DNA of 64,000 nucleotides from a plasmid, in NCBI RefSeq assembly GCF_054482525.1, contig NZ_JBTHVG010000003.1. The stretch is one strand, 5' to 3'. Position 1 is the stretch's first letter. Each line of letters starts with the position of its first letter. Positions 35,476 through 45,554 of the stretch are shown here, piece by piece. The position numbers and the translations under genes were made by a program. Under the pieces are notes generated by a model. The model saw only the letters and a program-made list of their open reading frames with translations. It made no database searches and was not told where the DNA came from.

Positions 35476-35625
35476 GCCCCAGCAGCATCTCCAGCTGTGA
35501 ACGCTGTTCGGCTGACGGTATCAGTGCCAGTTTGTTCCACAGGCGCAACGTCGCCTTTTCCCTTACCTCTGAAATCAACCGGGTCAGCGTAGTGGCTCCG
35601 GGGAGAATAATAGTCTATCCCGGCA

Positions 35626-36003
35626 TTGCCAGTCGGGGATATTAAAAAGAGTATAGGTTTTTATTGCGATAAACTAGGTTTCACTTTGGTTCACCATGAA
35701 GATGGATTCGCAGTTCTAATGTGTAATGAGGTTCGGATTCATCTATGGGAGGCAAGTGATGAAGGCTGGCGCTCTCGTAGTAATGATTCACCGGTTTGTA
35801 CAGGTGCGGAGTCGTTTATTGCTGGTACTGCTAGTTGCCGCATTGAAGTAGAGGGAATTGATGAATTATATCAACATATTAAGCCTTTGGGCATTTTGCA
35901 CCCCAATACATCATTAAAAGATCAGTGGTGGGATGAACGAGACTTTGCAGTAATTGATCCCGACAACAATTTGATTAGCTTTTTTCAACAAATAAAAAGC
36001 TAA
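35626..36003 (+). CDS. bleO: bleomycin-binding protein, BleO-like
   Basis: Low-GC ORF matching the pUB110-type BleO sequence as recalled (PVGDIKKSIGFYCDKLGFTLVHHEDGFAVLMCNEVRIHLWEA...); the track starts it at a TTG, so the true N-terminus is uncertain. Confidence 0.75.
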   Translation: MPVGDIKKSIGFYCDKLGFTLVHHEDGFAVLMCNEVRIHLWEASDEGWRSRSNDSPVCTGAESFIAGTASCRIEVEGIDELYQHIKPLGILHPNTSLKDQWWDERDFAVIDPDNNLISFFQQIKS

Positions 36004-36020
36004 AATCTATTATTAATCTG

Positions 36021-36085
36021 TTCAGCAATCGGGCGCGATTGCTGAATAAAAGATACGAGAGACCTCTCTTGTATCTTTTTTATTT
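36021..36085 (+). terminator. tandem hairpins with T-run downstream of bleO
   Basis: TTCAGCAATC-GGGCGC-GATTGCTGAA then AGATACGAGAGA-CC-TCTCTTGTATCT followed by TTTTTTATTTT. Confidence 0.55.
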
Positions 36086-36090
36086 TGAGT

Positions 36091-36185
36091 GGTTTTGTCC
36101 GTTACACTAGAAAACCGAAAGACAATAAAAATTTTATTCTTGCTGAGTCTGGCTTTCGGTAAGCTAGACAAAACGGACAAAATAA
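36091..36185. repeat. long imperfect palindrome in the bleO module
   Basis: TTTTGTCCGTT...CCGAAAGAC...GTCTGGCTTTCGG...AACGGACAAAA, nested inverted repeats over ~95 bp. Confidence 0.4.
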
Positions 36186-36322
36186 AAATCTAAATATGCT
36201 TGAACAACTTGTAACTTAAATTCATAACTGTATTTTGCCATAAAAAATGACCTCCCATAAGTTAGATTTTTGGTCTAACTTATGGGGGTCAGTTCATTCT
36301 ACACTTGGGCTGCATGTTTTGA

Positions 36323-36715
36323 TTAATTATCTAATATCTCCGGATCTCCTGTAAAGGAATATAAAACTGCCTGCATGTTTTTCAAATAAAATACGGTGAA
36401 TTTCCCATCATCAGCGCTATACCAATCTCTCAAAAACGGATTTGCTTCAAGCATTGCTTCCCTTGCTTCCACGGTATCATCAATTACGGCTTCGCCGGTG
36501 AGCCGAATCCATTTTCCTTTTGCCATACCTGAGACTTCCACCTTTGAATTTGCCAATAACTGCTGATAAACTTTTTTCTGATTGGTTGTACCAAGATAGA
36601 CCTTGCCATTCCTCTCCATGGCTGCATTAAACGGTCTGACCCTTGGCTGGTCTCCTTCAACGGTTGCAAAATAAAAAGTTTTTGCTTCATTTAAAAAATC
36701 AACAACTTGACTCAT
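36323..36715 (-). CDS. pyridoxamine 5'-phosphate oxidase-like (split-barrel flavin-binding) protein
   Basis: 130-aa low-GC ORF; family assignment from general resemblance, unverified. Confidence 0.5.
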   Translation of the reverse strand: MSQVVDFLNEAKTFYFATVEGDQPRVRPFNAAMERNGKVYLGTTNQKKVYQQLLANSKVEVSGMAKGKWIRLTGEAVIDDTVEAREAMLEANPFLRDWYSADDGKFTVFYLKNMQAVLYSFTGDPEILDN

Positions 36716-36759
36716 CCTTTTTTACCTCCATAAATAAATTTTTCTTTACTTTTCTTTGA

Positions 36760-36997
36760 CCTAAATTCCACGTGCATTTTTTATTAGCTTAAAAGAACAC
36801 TATTTCACGAAGAATTTAAACTGATACTCCCACATTGTAACATTATTTACCACCACCTTTCAATCTTTTTCAATAAATTATTGATTGCAACTTTTGAGTA
36901 AAGATACTTATTAAACCCTGCAAGTTATCCACAGAGCAACACTCGATTTTCAAGATGATATCTTTATTATACCAGACATTTTTCATACACTTCCTTG
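36760..36997 (-). mobile_element. divergent ISEcp1-like (IS1380 family) 3'-end remnant, truncated by IS26
   Basis: Reverse complement aligns at roughly 85% identity with the ISEcp1 remnant at 27456-27664 and ends in ACGTGGAATTTAGG about 45 bp upstream of the 36715 start codon. Confidence 0.6.
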
Positions 36998-37817
36998 GGC
37001 ACTGTTGCAAAGTTAGCGATGAGGCAGCCTTTTGTCTTATTCAAAGGCCTTACATTTCAAAAACTCTGCTTACCAGGCGCATTTCGCCCAGGGGATCACC
37101 ATAATAAAATGCTGAGGCCTGGCCTTTGCGTAGTGCACGCATCACCTCAATACCTTTGATGGTGGCGTAAGCCGTCTTCATGGATTTAAATCCCAGCGTG
37201 GCGTTGATTATCCGTTTCAGTTTGCCATGATCGCATTCAATCACGTTGTTCCGGTACTTAATCTGTCGGTGTTCAACGTCAGACGGGCACCGGCCTTCGC
37301 GTTTGAGCAGAGCAAGCGCGCGACCATAGGCGGGCGCTTTATCCGTGTTGATGAATCGTGGGATCTGCCACTTCTTCACGTTGTTGAGGATTTTACCCAG
37401 AAACCGGTATGCAGCTTTGCTGTTACGACGGGAGGAGAGATAAAAATCGACAGTGCGGCCCCGGCTGTCGACGGCCCGGTACAGATACGCCCAGCGGCCA
37501 TTGACCTTCACGTAGGTTTCATCCATGTGCCACGGGCAAAGATCGGAAGGGTTACGCCAGTACCAGCGCAGCCGTTTTTCCATTTCAGGCGCATAACGCT
37601 GAACCCAGCGGTAAATCGTGGAGTGATCGACATTCACTCCGCGTTCAGCCAGCATCTCCTGCAGCTCACGGTAACTGATGCCGTATTTGCAGTACCAGCG
37701 TACGGCCCACAGAATGATGTCACGCTGAAAATGCCGGCCTTTGAATGGGTTCATGTGCAGCTCCATCAGCAAAAGGGGATGATAAGTTTATCACCACCGA
37801 CTATTTGCAACAGTGCC
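36998..37817 (-). mobile_element. tnp26: IS26 copy 6 (Tnp26 G184N variant)
   Basis: 820 bp; Tnp26 coding 37050-37754 on minus strand; Asn184. Confidence 0.95.
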
Positions 37818-38073
37818 AGTTTTATTGTTACATTTAAATCCACGCCGGGATCGCGGTTTTTTATCCCCCCCCTGGACCGCACATAAAGTGCAACAATTAT
37901 TCTTGCACTTAGTTAAGCGCCTTCCTACAATCGCCGCGATAGTGTATTCGAAATTGTTACAGTTTTGTGGCGATGATCGACACAAATGGCCTTAAGCCAG
38001 CCCGGACAAAGGAAGTGGCGCGGCTTCTCACGCTGCGTCTTGCCCGGCGGCTACATTTACCGGAATAAAAATA

Positions 38074-39249
38074 ATGAGCCTGCAAAAAACCTGGGGAAAC
38101 ATTCACCTGACCGCGCTCGGCGCGATGATGCTCTCCTTTCTGCTCGTCGGCTGCGACGACAGCGTCGCACAGAATGCTGCGCCTCCCGCCCCGACGGTCA
38201 GCGCCGCTAAGGTGCTGGTGAAGTCGATCAGTCAGTGGGATAGTTTTAACGGTCGCATTGAAGCGGTGGAGAGCGTTCAGCTTCGCCCTCGCGTCTCGGG
38301 ATACATTGATAAAGTGAATTACACTGACGGCCAGGAGGTGAAAAAGGGCCAGGTGCTGTTCACGATAGATGACAGAACCTATCGCGCCGCGCTGGAGCAG
38401 GCGCAGGCGGCGTTGGCAAGAGCCAAAACGCAGGCCAGCCTCGCGCAAAGCGAGGCGAACCGCACCGATAAATTAGTCCATACCAACCTCGTCTCCCGTG
38501 AAGAGTGGGAGCAGCGCCGGTCAGCCGCGGTTCAGGCGCAGGCCGACGTTCGCGCCGCGCAGGCGGCGGTGGATGCCGCGCAGCTTAACCTCGACTTCAC
38601 CAAAGTGACCGCCCCTATTGACGGCCGCGCCAGCCGGGCGCTGATCACCAGCGGTAACCTGGTCACCGCGGGCGACACCGCCAGCGTGCTCACCACCCTG
38701 GTCTCGCAAAAGACGGTGTACGTCTACTTTGACGTCGACGAGTCAACCTACCTCCACTATCAAAACCTCGCCCGCCGCGGGCAAGGCGCGTCCAGCGATA
38801 ATCAGGCGCTCCCGGTGGAGATTGGCCTGGTGGGCGAGGAGGGTTACCCCCACCAGGGCAAAGTGGATTTTCTCGATAATCAGTTAACGCCGAGTACCGG
38901 CACCATCCGCATGCGTGCGCTGCTGGATAACTCGCAGCGTCTGTTCACGCCGGGGCTGTTTGCCCGCGTGCGTCTGCCGGGCAGCGCAGAGTTCAAAGCC
39001 ACGCTGATCGACGACAAAGCGGTACTGACCGATCAGGATCGTAAATACGTCTATATCGTTGATAAAGATGGTAAAGCACAGCGCCGCGACATTACCCCAG
39101 GGCGGCTGGCAGACGGTTTACGCATCGTTCAGAAGGGGTTGAATCCTGGGGATAGCGTCATCGTCGACGGCTTACAAAAAGTGTTTATGCCGGGTATGCC
39201 GGTTAACGCCAAAACCGTTGCCATGACCTCCAGCGCCACCCTTAACTGA
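38074..39249 (+). CDS. oqxA: RND efflux periplasmic adaptor OqxA
   Basis: 391-aa ORF with lipoprotein signal (LLVGC) and membrane-fusion-protein sequence matching OqxA as recalled. Confidence 0.95.
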   Translation: MSLQKTWGNIHLTALGAMMLSFLLVGCDDSVAQNAAPPAPTVSAAKVLVKSISQWDSFNGRIEAVESVQLRPRVSGYIDKVNYTDGQEVKKGQVLFTIDDRTYRAALEQAQAALARAKTQASLAQSEANRTDKLVHTNLVSREEWEQRRSAAVQAQADVRAAQAAVDAAQLNLDFTKVTAPIDGRASRALITSGNLVTAGDTASVLTTLVSQKTVYVYFDVDESTYLHYQNLARRGQGASSDNQALPVEIGLVGEEGYPHQGKVDFLDNQLTPSTGTIRMRALLDNSQRLFTPGLFARVRLPGSAEFKATLIDDKAVLTDQDRKYVYIVDKDGKAQRRDITPGRLADGLRIVQKGLNPGDSVIVDGLQKVFMPGMPVNAKTVAMTSSATLN

Positions 39250-39272
39250 TCCCTAATCAGAGAATCCAAGAC

Positions 39273-42200
39273 ATGGACTTTTCCCGCTTTTTTATCGACA
39301 GGCCGATTTTCGCCGCGGTGCTGTCGATTTTAATTTTTATCACCGGGTTAATCGCTATCCCACTGCTGCCGGTGAGCGAATATCCGGATGTCGTCCCGCC
39401 GAGCGTCCAGGTGCGCGCGGAGTATCCCGGCGCCAACCCGAAAGTGATTGCCGAGACCGTGGCGACGCCGCTGGAGGAAGCGATCAACGGCGTTGAAAAC
39501 ATGATGTACATGAAATCGGTCGCCGGCTCCGACGGCGTGCTGGTCACCACCGTCACCTTCCGCCCGGGTACCGACCCGGATCAGGCGCAGGTTCAGGTGC
39601 AGAACCGCGTCGCGCAGGCCGAAGCGCGTCTGCCGGAGGATGTACGCCGTCTGGGGATCACCACCCAGAAGCAGTCTCCGACGCTGACCCTGGTGGTGCA
39701 TCTGTTCTCCCCCGGCGGGAAGTACGACTCGCTGTATATGCGCAACTACGCCACGCTGAAAGTGAAGGATGAGCTGGCGCGCCTGCCCGGCGTCGGCCAG
39801 ATCCAGATTTTTGGCTCCGGTGAATATGCGATGCGCGTCTGGCTGGATCCCAATAAGGTCGCTGCCCGCGGTCTGACGGCCTCGGATGTGGTGACGGCGA
39901 TGCAGGAGCAAAACGTCCAGGTGTCTGCCGGACAGCTTGGCGCCGAGCCGCTGCCGCAGGAGAGCGATTTCCTGATCTCCATTAACGCCCAGGGCCGTCT
40001 GCATACCGAAGAAGAGTTTGGCAATATCATTCTGAAAACGGCGCAGGATGGCTCGCTGGTCCGCCTGCGCGACGTGGCGCGCATCGAGATGGGTTCCGGT
40101 AGCTATGCGCTGCGCTCCCAGCTCAACAATAAGGATGCGGTCGGGATCGGTATCTTCCAGTCACCCGGCGCTAACGCCATCGATCTGTCGAACGCGGTAC
40201 GCGCCAAAATGGCCGAGCTGGCCACCCGCTTCCCGGAAGATATGCAATGGGCGGCGCCGTACGACCCGACGGTTTTCGTCCGCGACTCCATCCGCGCGGT
40301 GGTGCAGACGCTGCTGGAGGCGGTAGTGCTGGTGGTGCTGGTAGTGATCCTGTTCCTGCAGACCTGGCGCGCGTCGATTATCCCGTTGATCGCTGTGCCG
40401 GTATCGGTGGTGGGTACCTTCAGCATTCTCTATCTGCTGGGCTTCTCGCTGAATACCCTGAGCCTGTTCGGGCTGGTACTGGCTATCGGTATCGTGGTGG
40501 ACGACGCCATCGTGGTGGTGGAGAACGTCGAGCGTAATATCGAAGAGGGGCTTGCGCCGCTTGCCGCGGCGTATCAGGCGATGCGTGAGGTCTCCGGGCC
40601 GATTATCGCCATTGCGCTGGTGCTGTGTGCGGTGTTCGTGCCGATGGCGTTTCTCTCCGGGGTCACCGGCCAGTTCTACAAACAGTTCGCGGTGACCATC
40701 GCCATCTCGACGGTGATCTCGGCCATCAACTCGCTGACGCTCTCCCCGGCGCTGGCGGCCCTGCTGTTAAAGCCGCACGGCGCGAAGAAAGACCTCCCTA
40801 CCCGGCTGATCGATCGCCTGTTTGGCTGGATTTTCCGTCCGTTTAACCGCTTTTTCCTGCGCAGCTCGAACGGCTATCAGGGACTGGTAGGCAAAACGCT
40901 TGGACGCCGTGGCGCAGTGTTTGCGGTGTACCTGCTGCTGCTCTGCGCCGCTGGGGTGATGTTTAAAGTCGTCCCCGGCGGGTTTATTCCCACCCAGGAT
41001 AAGCTGTATCTCATTGGCGGCGTGAAGATGCCGGAAGGGTCGTCGCTGGCGCGCACCGACGCGGTGATCCGCAAAATGAGCGAGATCGGGATGAATACCG
41101 AAGGGGTCGACTATGCGGTCGCTTTCCCGGGGCTTAACGCGCTGCAGTTCACCAACACGCCGAATACCGGGACGATCTTTTTTGGCCTGAAACCGTTCGA
41201 CCAGCGCAAACACACGGCGGCGGAAATTAACGCGGAGATCAACGCCAAAATCGCGCAAATCCAGCAGGGCTTTGGCTTTTCCATCCTGCCGCCGCCGATT
41301 TTAGGTCTGGGTCAGGGTTCCGGCTACTCCCTGTACATCCAGGATCGCGGAGGGCTGGGCTATGGCGCGCTGCAAAGCGCGGTGAATGCGATGTCCGGGG
41401 CGATTATGCAGACGCCGGGGATGCACTTCCCGATCTCGACTTACCAGGCTAACGTGCCGCAGCTGGACGTGCAGGTCGATCGCGATAAGGCGAAAGCGCA
41501 GGGGGTATCGCTAACCGATCTGTTCGGTACGCTGCAGACCTATCTCGGCTCGTCTTATGTCAATGACTTTAACCAGTTCGGGCGTACCTGGCGCGTGATG
41601 GCCCAGGCTGACGGACCATACCGCGAGAGCGTGGAAGATATCGCCAATCTGCGCACCCGCAATAATCAGGGCGAAATGGTACCGATCGGCAGTATGGTGA
41701 ATATCAGTACCACCTACGGGCCGGATCCGGTGATCCGCTACAACGGTTATCCGGCGGCGGACCTGATTGGCGATGCCGATCCGCGGGTCCTCTCTTCTTC
41801 GCAGGCGATGACGCATCTGGAAGAGCTGTCGAAGCAGATCCTGCCGAATGGGATGAATATTGAGTGGACGGATCTCAGCTTCCAGCAGGCCACCCAGGGC
41901 AACACGGCGCTGATCGTCTTCCCGGTGGCGGTGCTGCTGGCATTCCTCGTACTGGCCGCGCTGTATGAAAGCTGGACCCTGCCGCTGGCGGTGATCCTTA
42001 TCGTACCGATGACGATGCTCTCCGCGCTGTTTGGCGTCTGGCTGACCGGGGGCGATAACAACGTCTTCGTGCAGGTGGGTCTGGTGGTCCTGATGGGCCT
42101 GGCCTGTAAAAACGCCATTCTGATCGTCGAGTTTGCCCGCGAGCTGGAGATCCAGGGGAAAGGCATCATGGAAGCGGCGCTGGAGGCATGCCGCCTGCGT

Positions 42201-42425
42201 CTGCGCCCGATCGTGATGACCTCCATCGCCTTTATCGCCGGGACCATTCCGCTGATCCTCGGCCACGGCGCGGGGGCGGAAGTCCGCGGCGTCACCGGGA
42301 TCACGGTGTTCTCCGGGATGCTGGGCGTGACGCTCTTCGGTCTGTTCCTGACGCCGGTGTTTTACGTGACGCTACGGAAACTGGTGACCCGCAGGAAGCC
42401 GGTCCAGGAGGATCTGCCCGCCTAG
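39273..42425 (+). CDS. oqxB: RND efflux transporter OqxB
   Basis: 1050-aa ORF, 12-TM RND permease, 23 bp downstream of oqxA. Confidence 0.95.
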   Translation: MDFSRFFIDRPIFAAVLSILIFITGLIAIPLLPVSEYPDVVPPSVQVRAEYPGANPKVIAETVATPLEEAINGVENMMYMKSVAGSDGVLVTTVTFRPGTDPDQAQVQVQNRVAQAEARLPEDVRRLGITTQKQSPTLTLVVHLFSPGGKYDSLYMRNYATLKVKDELARLPGVGQIQIFGSGEYAMRVWLDPNKVAARGLTASDVVTAMQEQNVQVSAGQLGAEPLPQESDFLISINAQGRLHTEEEFGNIILKTAQDGSLVRLRDVARIEMGSGSYALRSQLNNKDAVGIGIFQSPGANAIDLSNAVRAKMAELATRFPEDMQWAAPYDPTVFVRDSIRAVVQTLLEAVVLVVLVVILFLQTWRASIIPLIAVPVSVVGTFSILYLLGFSLNTLSLFGLVLAIGIVVDDAIVVVENVERNIEEGLAPLAAAYQAMREVSGPIIAIALVLCAVFVPMAFLSGVTGQFYKQFAVTIAISTVISAINSLTLSPALAALLLKPHGAKKDLPTRLIDRLFGWIFRPFNRFFLRSSNGYQGLVGKTLGRRGAVFAVYLLLLCAAGVMFKVVPGGFIPTQDKLYLIGGVKMPEGSSLARTDAVIRKMSEIGMNTEGVDYAVAFPGLNALQFTNTPNTGTIFFGLKPFDQRKHTAAEINAEINAKIAQIQQGFGFSILPPPILGLGQGSGYSLYIQDRGGLGYGALQSAVNAMSGAIMQTPGMHFPISTYQANVPQLDVQVDRDKAKAQGVSLTDLFGTLQTYLGSSYVNDFNQFGRTWRVMAQADGPYRESVEDIANLRTRNNQGEMVPIGSMVNISTTYGPDPVIRYNGYPAADLIGDADPRVLSSSQAMTHLEELSKQILPNGMNIEWTDLSFQQATQGNTALIVFPVAVLLAFLVLAALYESWTLPLAVILIVPMTMLSALFGVWLTGGDNNVFVQVGLVVLMGLACKNAILIVEFARELEIQGKGIMEAALEACRLRLRPIVMTSIAFIAGTIPLILGHGAGAEVRGVTGITVFSGMLGVTLFGLFLTPVFYVTLRKLVTRRKPVQEDLPA

Positions 42426-42440
42426 CCTGCAGCAGATAAC

Positions 42441-42478
42441 AAAAAAACCGCCTTCACAATTTGAAGGCGGTTTTTTTT
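42441..42478. terminator. bidirectional rho-independent terminator
   Basis: A-run, AACCGCCTTCA-CAATT-TGAAGGCGGTT hairpin, T-run; lies between convergent oqxB and oqxR. Confidence 0.7.
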
Positions 42479-42494
42479 CGTCACCAGAAAATGA

Positions 42495-43023
42495 TTAATG
42501 CGCTTTTTTAAAGCGGGCGATCATTTCCGGCACCGGGTCGCAGCCGCTGGTATCGGCGTTTTTGACCGCCTCCAGCGCGCTGGCCACGGTATGGCGAGCG
42601 AGGACGTTTAACGAAGCCTGCTCTGCTTCATCGGCAACCGATTTGAAGTACCAGCAGGCGTTGGCGCTGACCACGCAGCGGGCCGGGACGTCAGGACGCG
42701 ACGCCCACAGTTTTTTATCTTCGATAACCGAAAGATAGATATCACGCAGGGTGATCTTGTCCGCCGGACGGCCAAGATGAATTGAGCCGTTGCGACCAAG
42801 CGTGGAGACGATAATGCCGTCACGAGTTAGCGGAACCATTAGTTTACGGATAAAGCTCGGGTTCGCTTCCAGGCCGTAGGCCAGAATCGCACTCGTCGAA
42901 CGTTCACCCATCTGCTCCGCCATTGCTACGCTGAGAACCATCTGCAAAGCTGTCGGGAAGCGGTAATCTAACATGGCAGTGTCCTGGGTTGCGGTGAATC
43001 TTGTTCTTTTTAGCACCGCAGAG
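42495..43023 (-). CDS. oqxR: Rrf2-family repressor OqxR, N-terminus replaced at the IS26 junction
   Basis: Rrf2-like sequence from LDYRFPTALQMVLSVA onward; the in-frame N-terminus MNKTKGCLIANFATVP is encoded inside IS26 copy 7. Confidence 0.65.
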
Positions 43024-43843
43024 GGCACTGTTGCAAAGTTAGCGATGAGGCAGCCTTTTGTCTTATTCAAAGGCCTTACATTTCAAAAACTCTGCTTACC
43101 AGGCGCATTTCGCCCAGGGGATCACCATAATAAAATGCTGAGGCCTGGCCTTTGCGTAGTGCACGCATCACCTCAATACCTTTGATGGTGGCGTAAGCCG
43201 TCTTCATGGATTTAAATCCCAGCGTGGCGTTGATTATCCGTTTCAGTTTGCCATGATCGCATTCAATCACGTTGTTCCGGTACTTAATCTGTCGGTGTTC
43301 AACGTCAGACGGGCACCGGCCTTCGCGTTTGAGCAGAGCAAGCGCGCGACCATAGGCGGGCGCTTTATCCGTGTTGATGAATCGTGGGATCTGCCACTTC
43401 TTCACGTTGTTGAGGATTTTACCCAGAAACCGGTATGCAGCTTTGCTGTTACGACGGGAGGAGAGATAAAAATCGACAGTGCGGCCCCGGCTGTCGACGG
43501 CCCGGTACAGATACGCCCAGCGGCCATTGACCTTCACGTAGGTTTCATCCATGTGCCACGGGCAAAGATCGGAAGGGTTACGCCAGTACCAGCGCAGCCG
43601 TTTTTCCATTTCAGGCGCATAACGCTGAACCCAGCGGTAAATCGTGGAGTGATCGACATTCACTCCGCGTTCAGCCAGCATCTCCTGCAGCTCACGGTAA
43701 CTGATGCCGTATTTGCAGTACCAGCGTACGGCCCACAGAATGATGTCACGCTGAAAATGCCGGCCTTTGAATGGGTTCATGTGCAGCTCCATCAGCAAAA
43801 GGGGATGATAAGTTTATCACCACCGACTATTTGCAACAGTGCC
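43024..43843 (-). mobile_element. tnp26: IS26 copy 7 (Tnp26 G184N variant)
   Basis: 820 bp; Tnp26 coding 43076-43780 on minus strand; Asn184; direct orientation with copy 6 around oqxAB. Confidence 0.95.
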
Positions 43844-43990
43844 ACGCAAAGACGTAATGAGCAGTGTATCCCCTGCCACAATACCCTCTTCAGGGATGCT
43901 GTCAGTGGACGTCCAGTACTGACCCGCCAGCAAAGAATGAAATCGCTCTAAACGGTCAATGCTATTTTTGCTGACCAGGTCACCCATATA
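43844..43990 (-). pseudogene. backbone gene 5' fragment truncated by IS26
   Basis: Hand translation from ATG near 43990: MGDLVSKNSIDRLERFHSLLAGQYWTSTDSIPEEGIVAGDTLLITSLR, running into IS26 copy 7. Confidence 0.3.
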
Positions 43991-44237
43991 CTTTTCCTTC
44001 CAGATTCGTGTGTTAGGTGAATCATACCAGATTGCCCTTGCCGTCTAATAACGCAGAAAACTGTGAATCCAAAATTCCTTAAATTCAAACCTGTCCAATA
44101 TAAAAGATGGCTCTTTTTCTTATCCAGTGTTAAGCGATAATGCTCAATTTTATTTCATTATTGTCAGAATCAAAATAATCTGAAAATAAAAAAGGCTTCA
44201 GAATTGAAGCCTCTATATTATACAACGTGAATGTATT

Positions 44238-44594
44238 TTATTTATCTTTCACCGGGTTCATTTCCCAGTATCTTTCACGTACGTTTTCTTGGCAATGGTC
44301 CGCTCGCTCCGGCGTGTCCCTTTTACGAGTAGCAAATGCTTCAATTACGGCATTCAAGTCTTTTTCTTTGATTTTAGATCCAACAGGCAAGTTTTCTTCA
44401 AACTCAGTCCTTACCAGTTCTTTCGTTTTTTTATAATCGGTTTCACTTTGGATTTCAGGTTTTAAACAAATATCGGCAACCATCACATCTGATTTGCCCG
44501 GGATCGGTTTTTTCCCGTTTTCAGATGCAAGGACCGCAGAGGAGGTAAAGGCGACAGACAGAGTTGCACATAACAGAAGGTATTTTAATTTCAT
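44238..44594 (-). CDS. secreted hypothetical protein
   Basis: 118-aa ORF with signal peptide (MKLKYLLLCATLSVAFTSSAVLA). Confidence 0.45.
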   Translation of the reverse strand: MKLKYLLLCATLSVAFTSSAVLASENGKKPIPGKSDVMVADICLKPEIQSETDYKKTKELVRTEFEENLPVGSKIKEKDLNAVIEAFATRKRDTPERADHCQENVRERYWEMNPVKDK

Positions 44595-44743
44595 GACTCA
44601 CTCCATGATTATCAATGATGGTTGCTCAGACACATCATTTATACCATGCCTGTCACCGAATACGAGATCCCCATATTTTGGCTTTAAATATTATCCAATA
44701 GGGTTTCATACACCTGGCTTCTGAAAGCAAGGTTCAAGGAGCT

Positions 44744-45361
44744 TCAGGGGGAAATCAGATTGTTGTCGACCCAGTACTTGTGCAAACCTACCACCCAATT
44801 CCTGGAAATGGACGAAAGTTCATGCGCCAGTTCACGACAGCATTCAGGCGTAAAAATACGTATGGGTCCTGAAGTACCGATATCAACAGACATGATAAAC
44901 TCCAGAATGTTGCCATGGCATAGGTTGTTTCTCAGCCTGACAATTTCTGCTTCAGGTGTTCTCCCGGCTGCTACCTTAACCAACATATCCTGCTCGGCTG
45001 GAAATGAAAGTAATTCTACCGGCACCCCTTCCTGCTTGGCCTTTCTCAGTAAGGCATTACTCATTACGGAGATACCCTCCAAGTCCACCAGCTCAGGAGC
45101 TGCATGCTGATCGTTAACTGTTGGTTTCAGCATCAGCGACTTCAACGTAACCATGAGTGATGTTTCAATCCCGTTCAGGAAGCTCGTACAGGCCGGTATC
45201 CATAGTTCGTGATGCAACGCCTCGGTTGCTTGTTTAAAGAACCAGTCAATCACGGGGACAGTGTGATAATCATAATAGTGATTTATCTCGCTGAATCTTG
45301 ACATATAAGCATCGTACTCAGCCTGGTCTTCAGGAGATAAAAAATTTGGTGGGAGGGGCAT
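44744..45361 (-). CDS. hypothetical protein
   Basis: 205-aa ORF; no family recognised. Confidence 0.45.
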   Translation of the reverse strand: MPLPPNFLSPEDQAEYDAYMSRFSEINHYYDYHTVPVIDWFFKQATEALHHELWIPACTSFLNGIETSLMVTLKSLMLKPTVNDQHAAPELVDLEGISVMSNALLRKAKQEGVPVELLSFPAEQDMLVKVAAGRTPEAEIVRLRNNLCHGNILEFIMSVDIGTSGPIRIFTPECCRELAHELSSISRNWVVGLHKYWVDNNLISP

Positions 45362-45515
45362 CAGAATCCTTTCATCCTAGCTTGTATACCTTCTTCGTAG
45401 GCCAGCTCGCCATTATCGGTAAAAGATGGTTTTTGGTGTTTGTGACAAAGCTTAATTTTTCGTCAGGCTCGATAGCGTTACCGGAGAGATTTGATCTTTT
45501 CTCTGTAACTCGCAA

Positions 45516-45535
45516 TACTGTTTATACATACAGTA
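45516..45535. promoter_or_regulatory. LexA (SOS) box
   Basis: TACTGTTTATACATACAGTA, a close match to the TACTG-N10-CAGTA consensus, 20 bp upstream of the umuD-like start. Confidence 0.65.
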
Positions 45536-45554
45536 TGAGAATTCGAGTGTAGCT

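Noticed and set aside
39348-42304. Multiple 100-250-aa ORFs on the minus strand inside oqxB
   Set aside because: High-GC antisense frames within a 1050-aa transporter gene; no independent signal.
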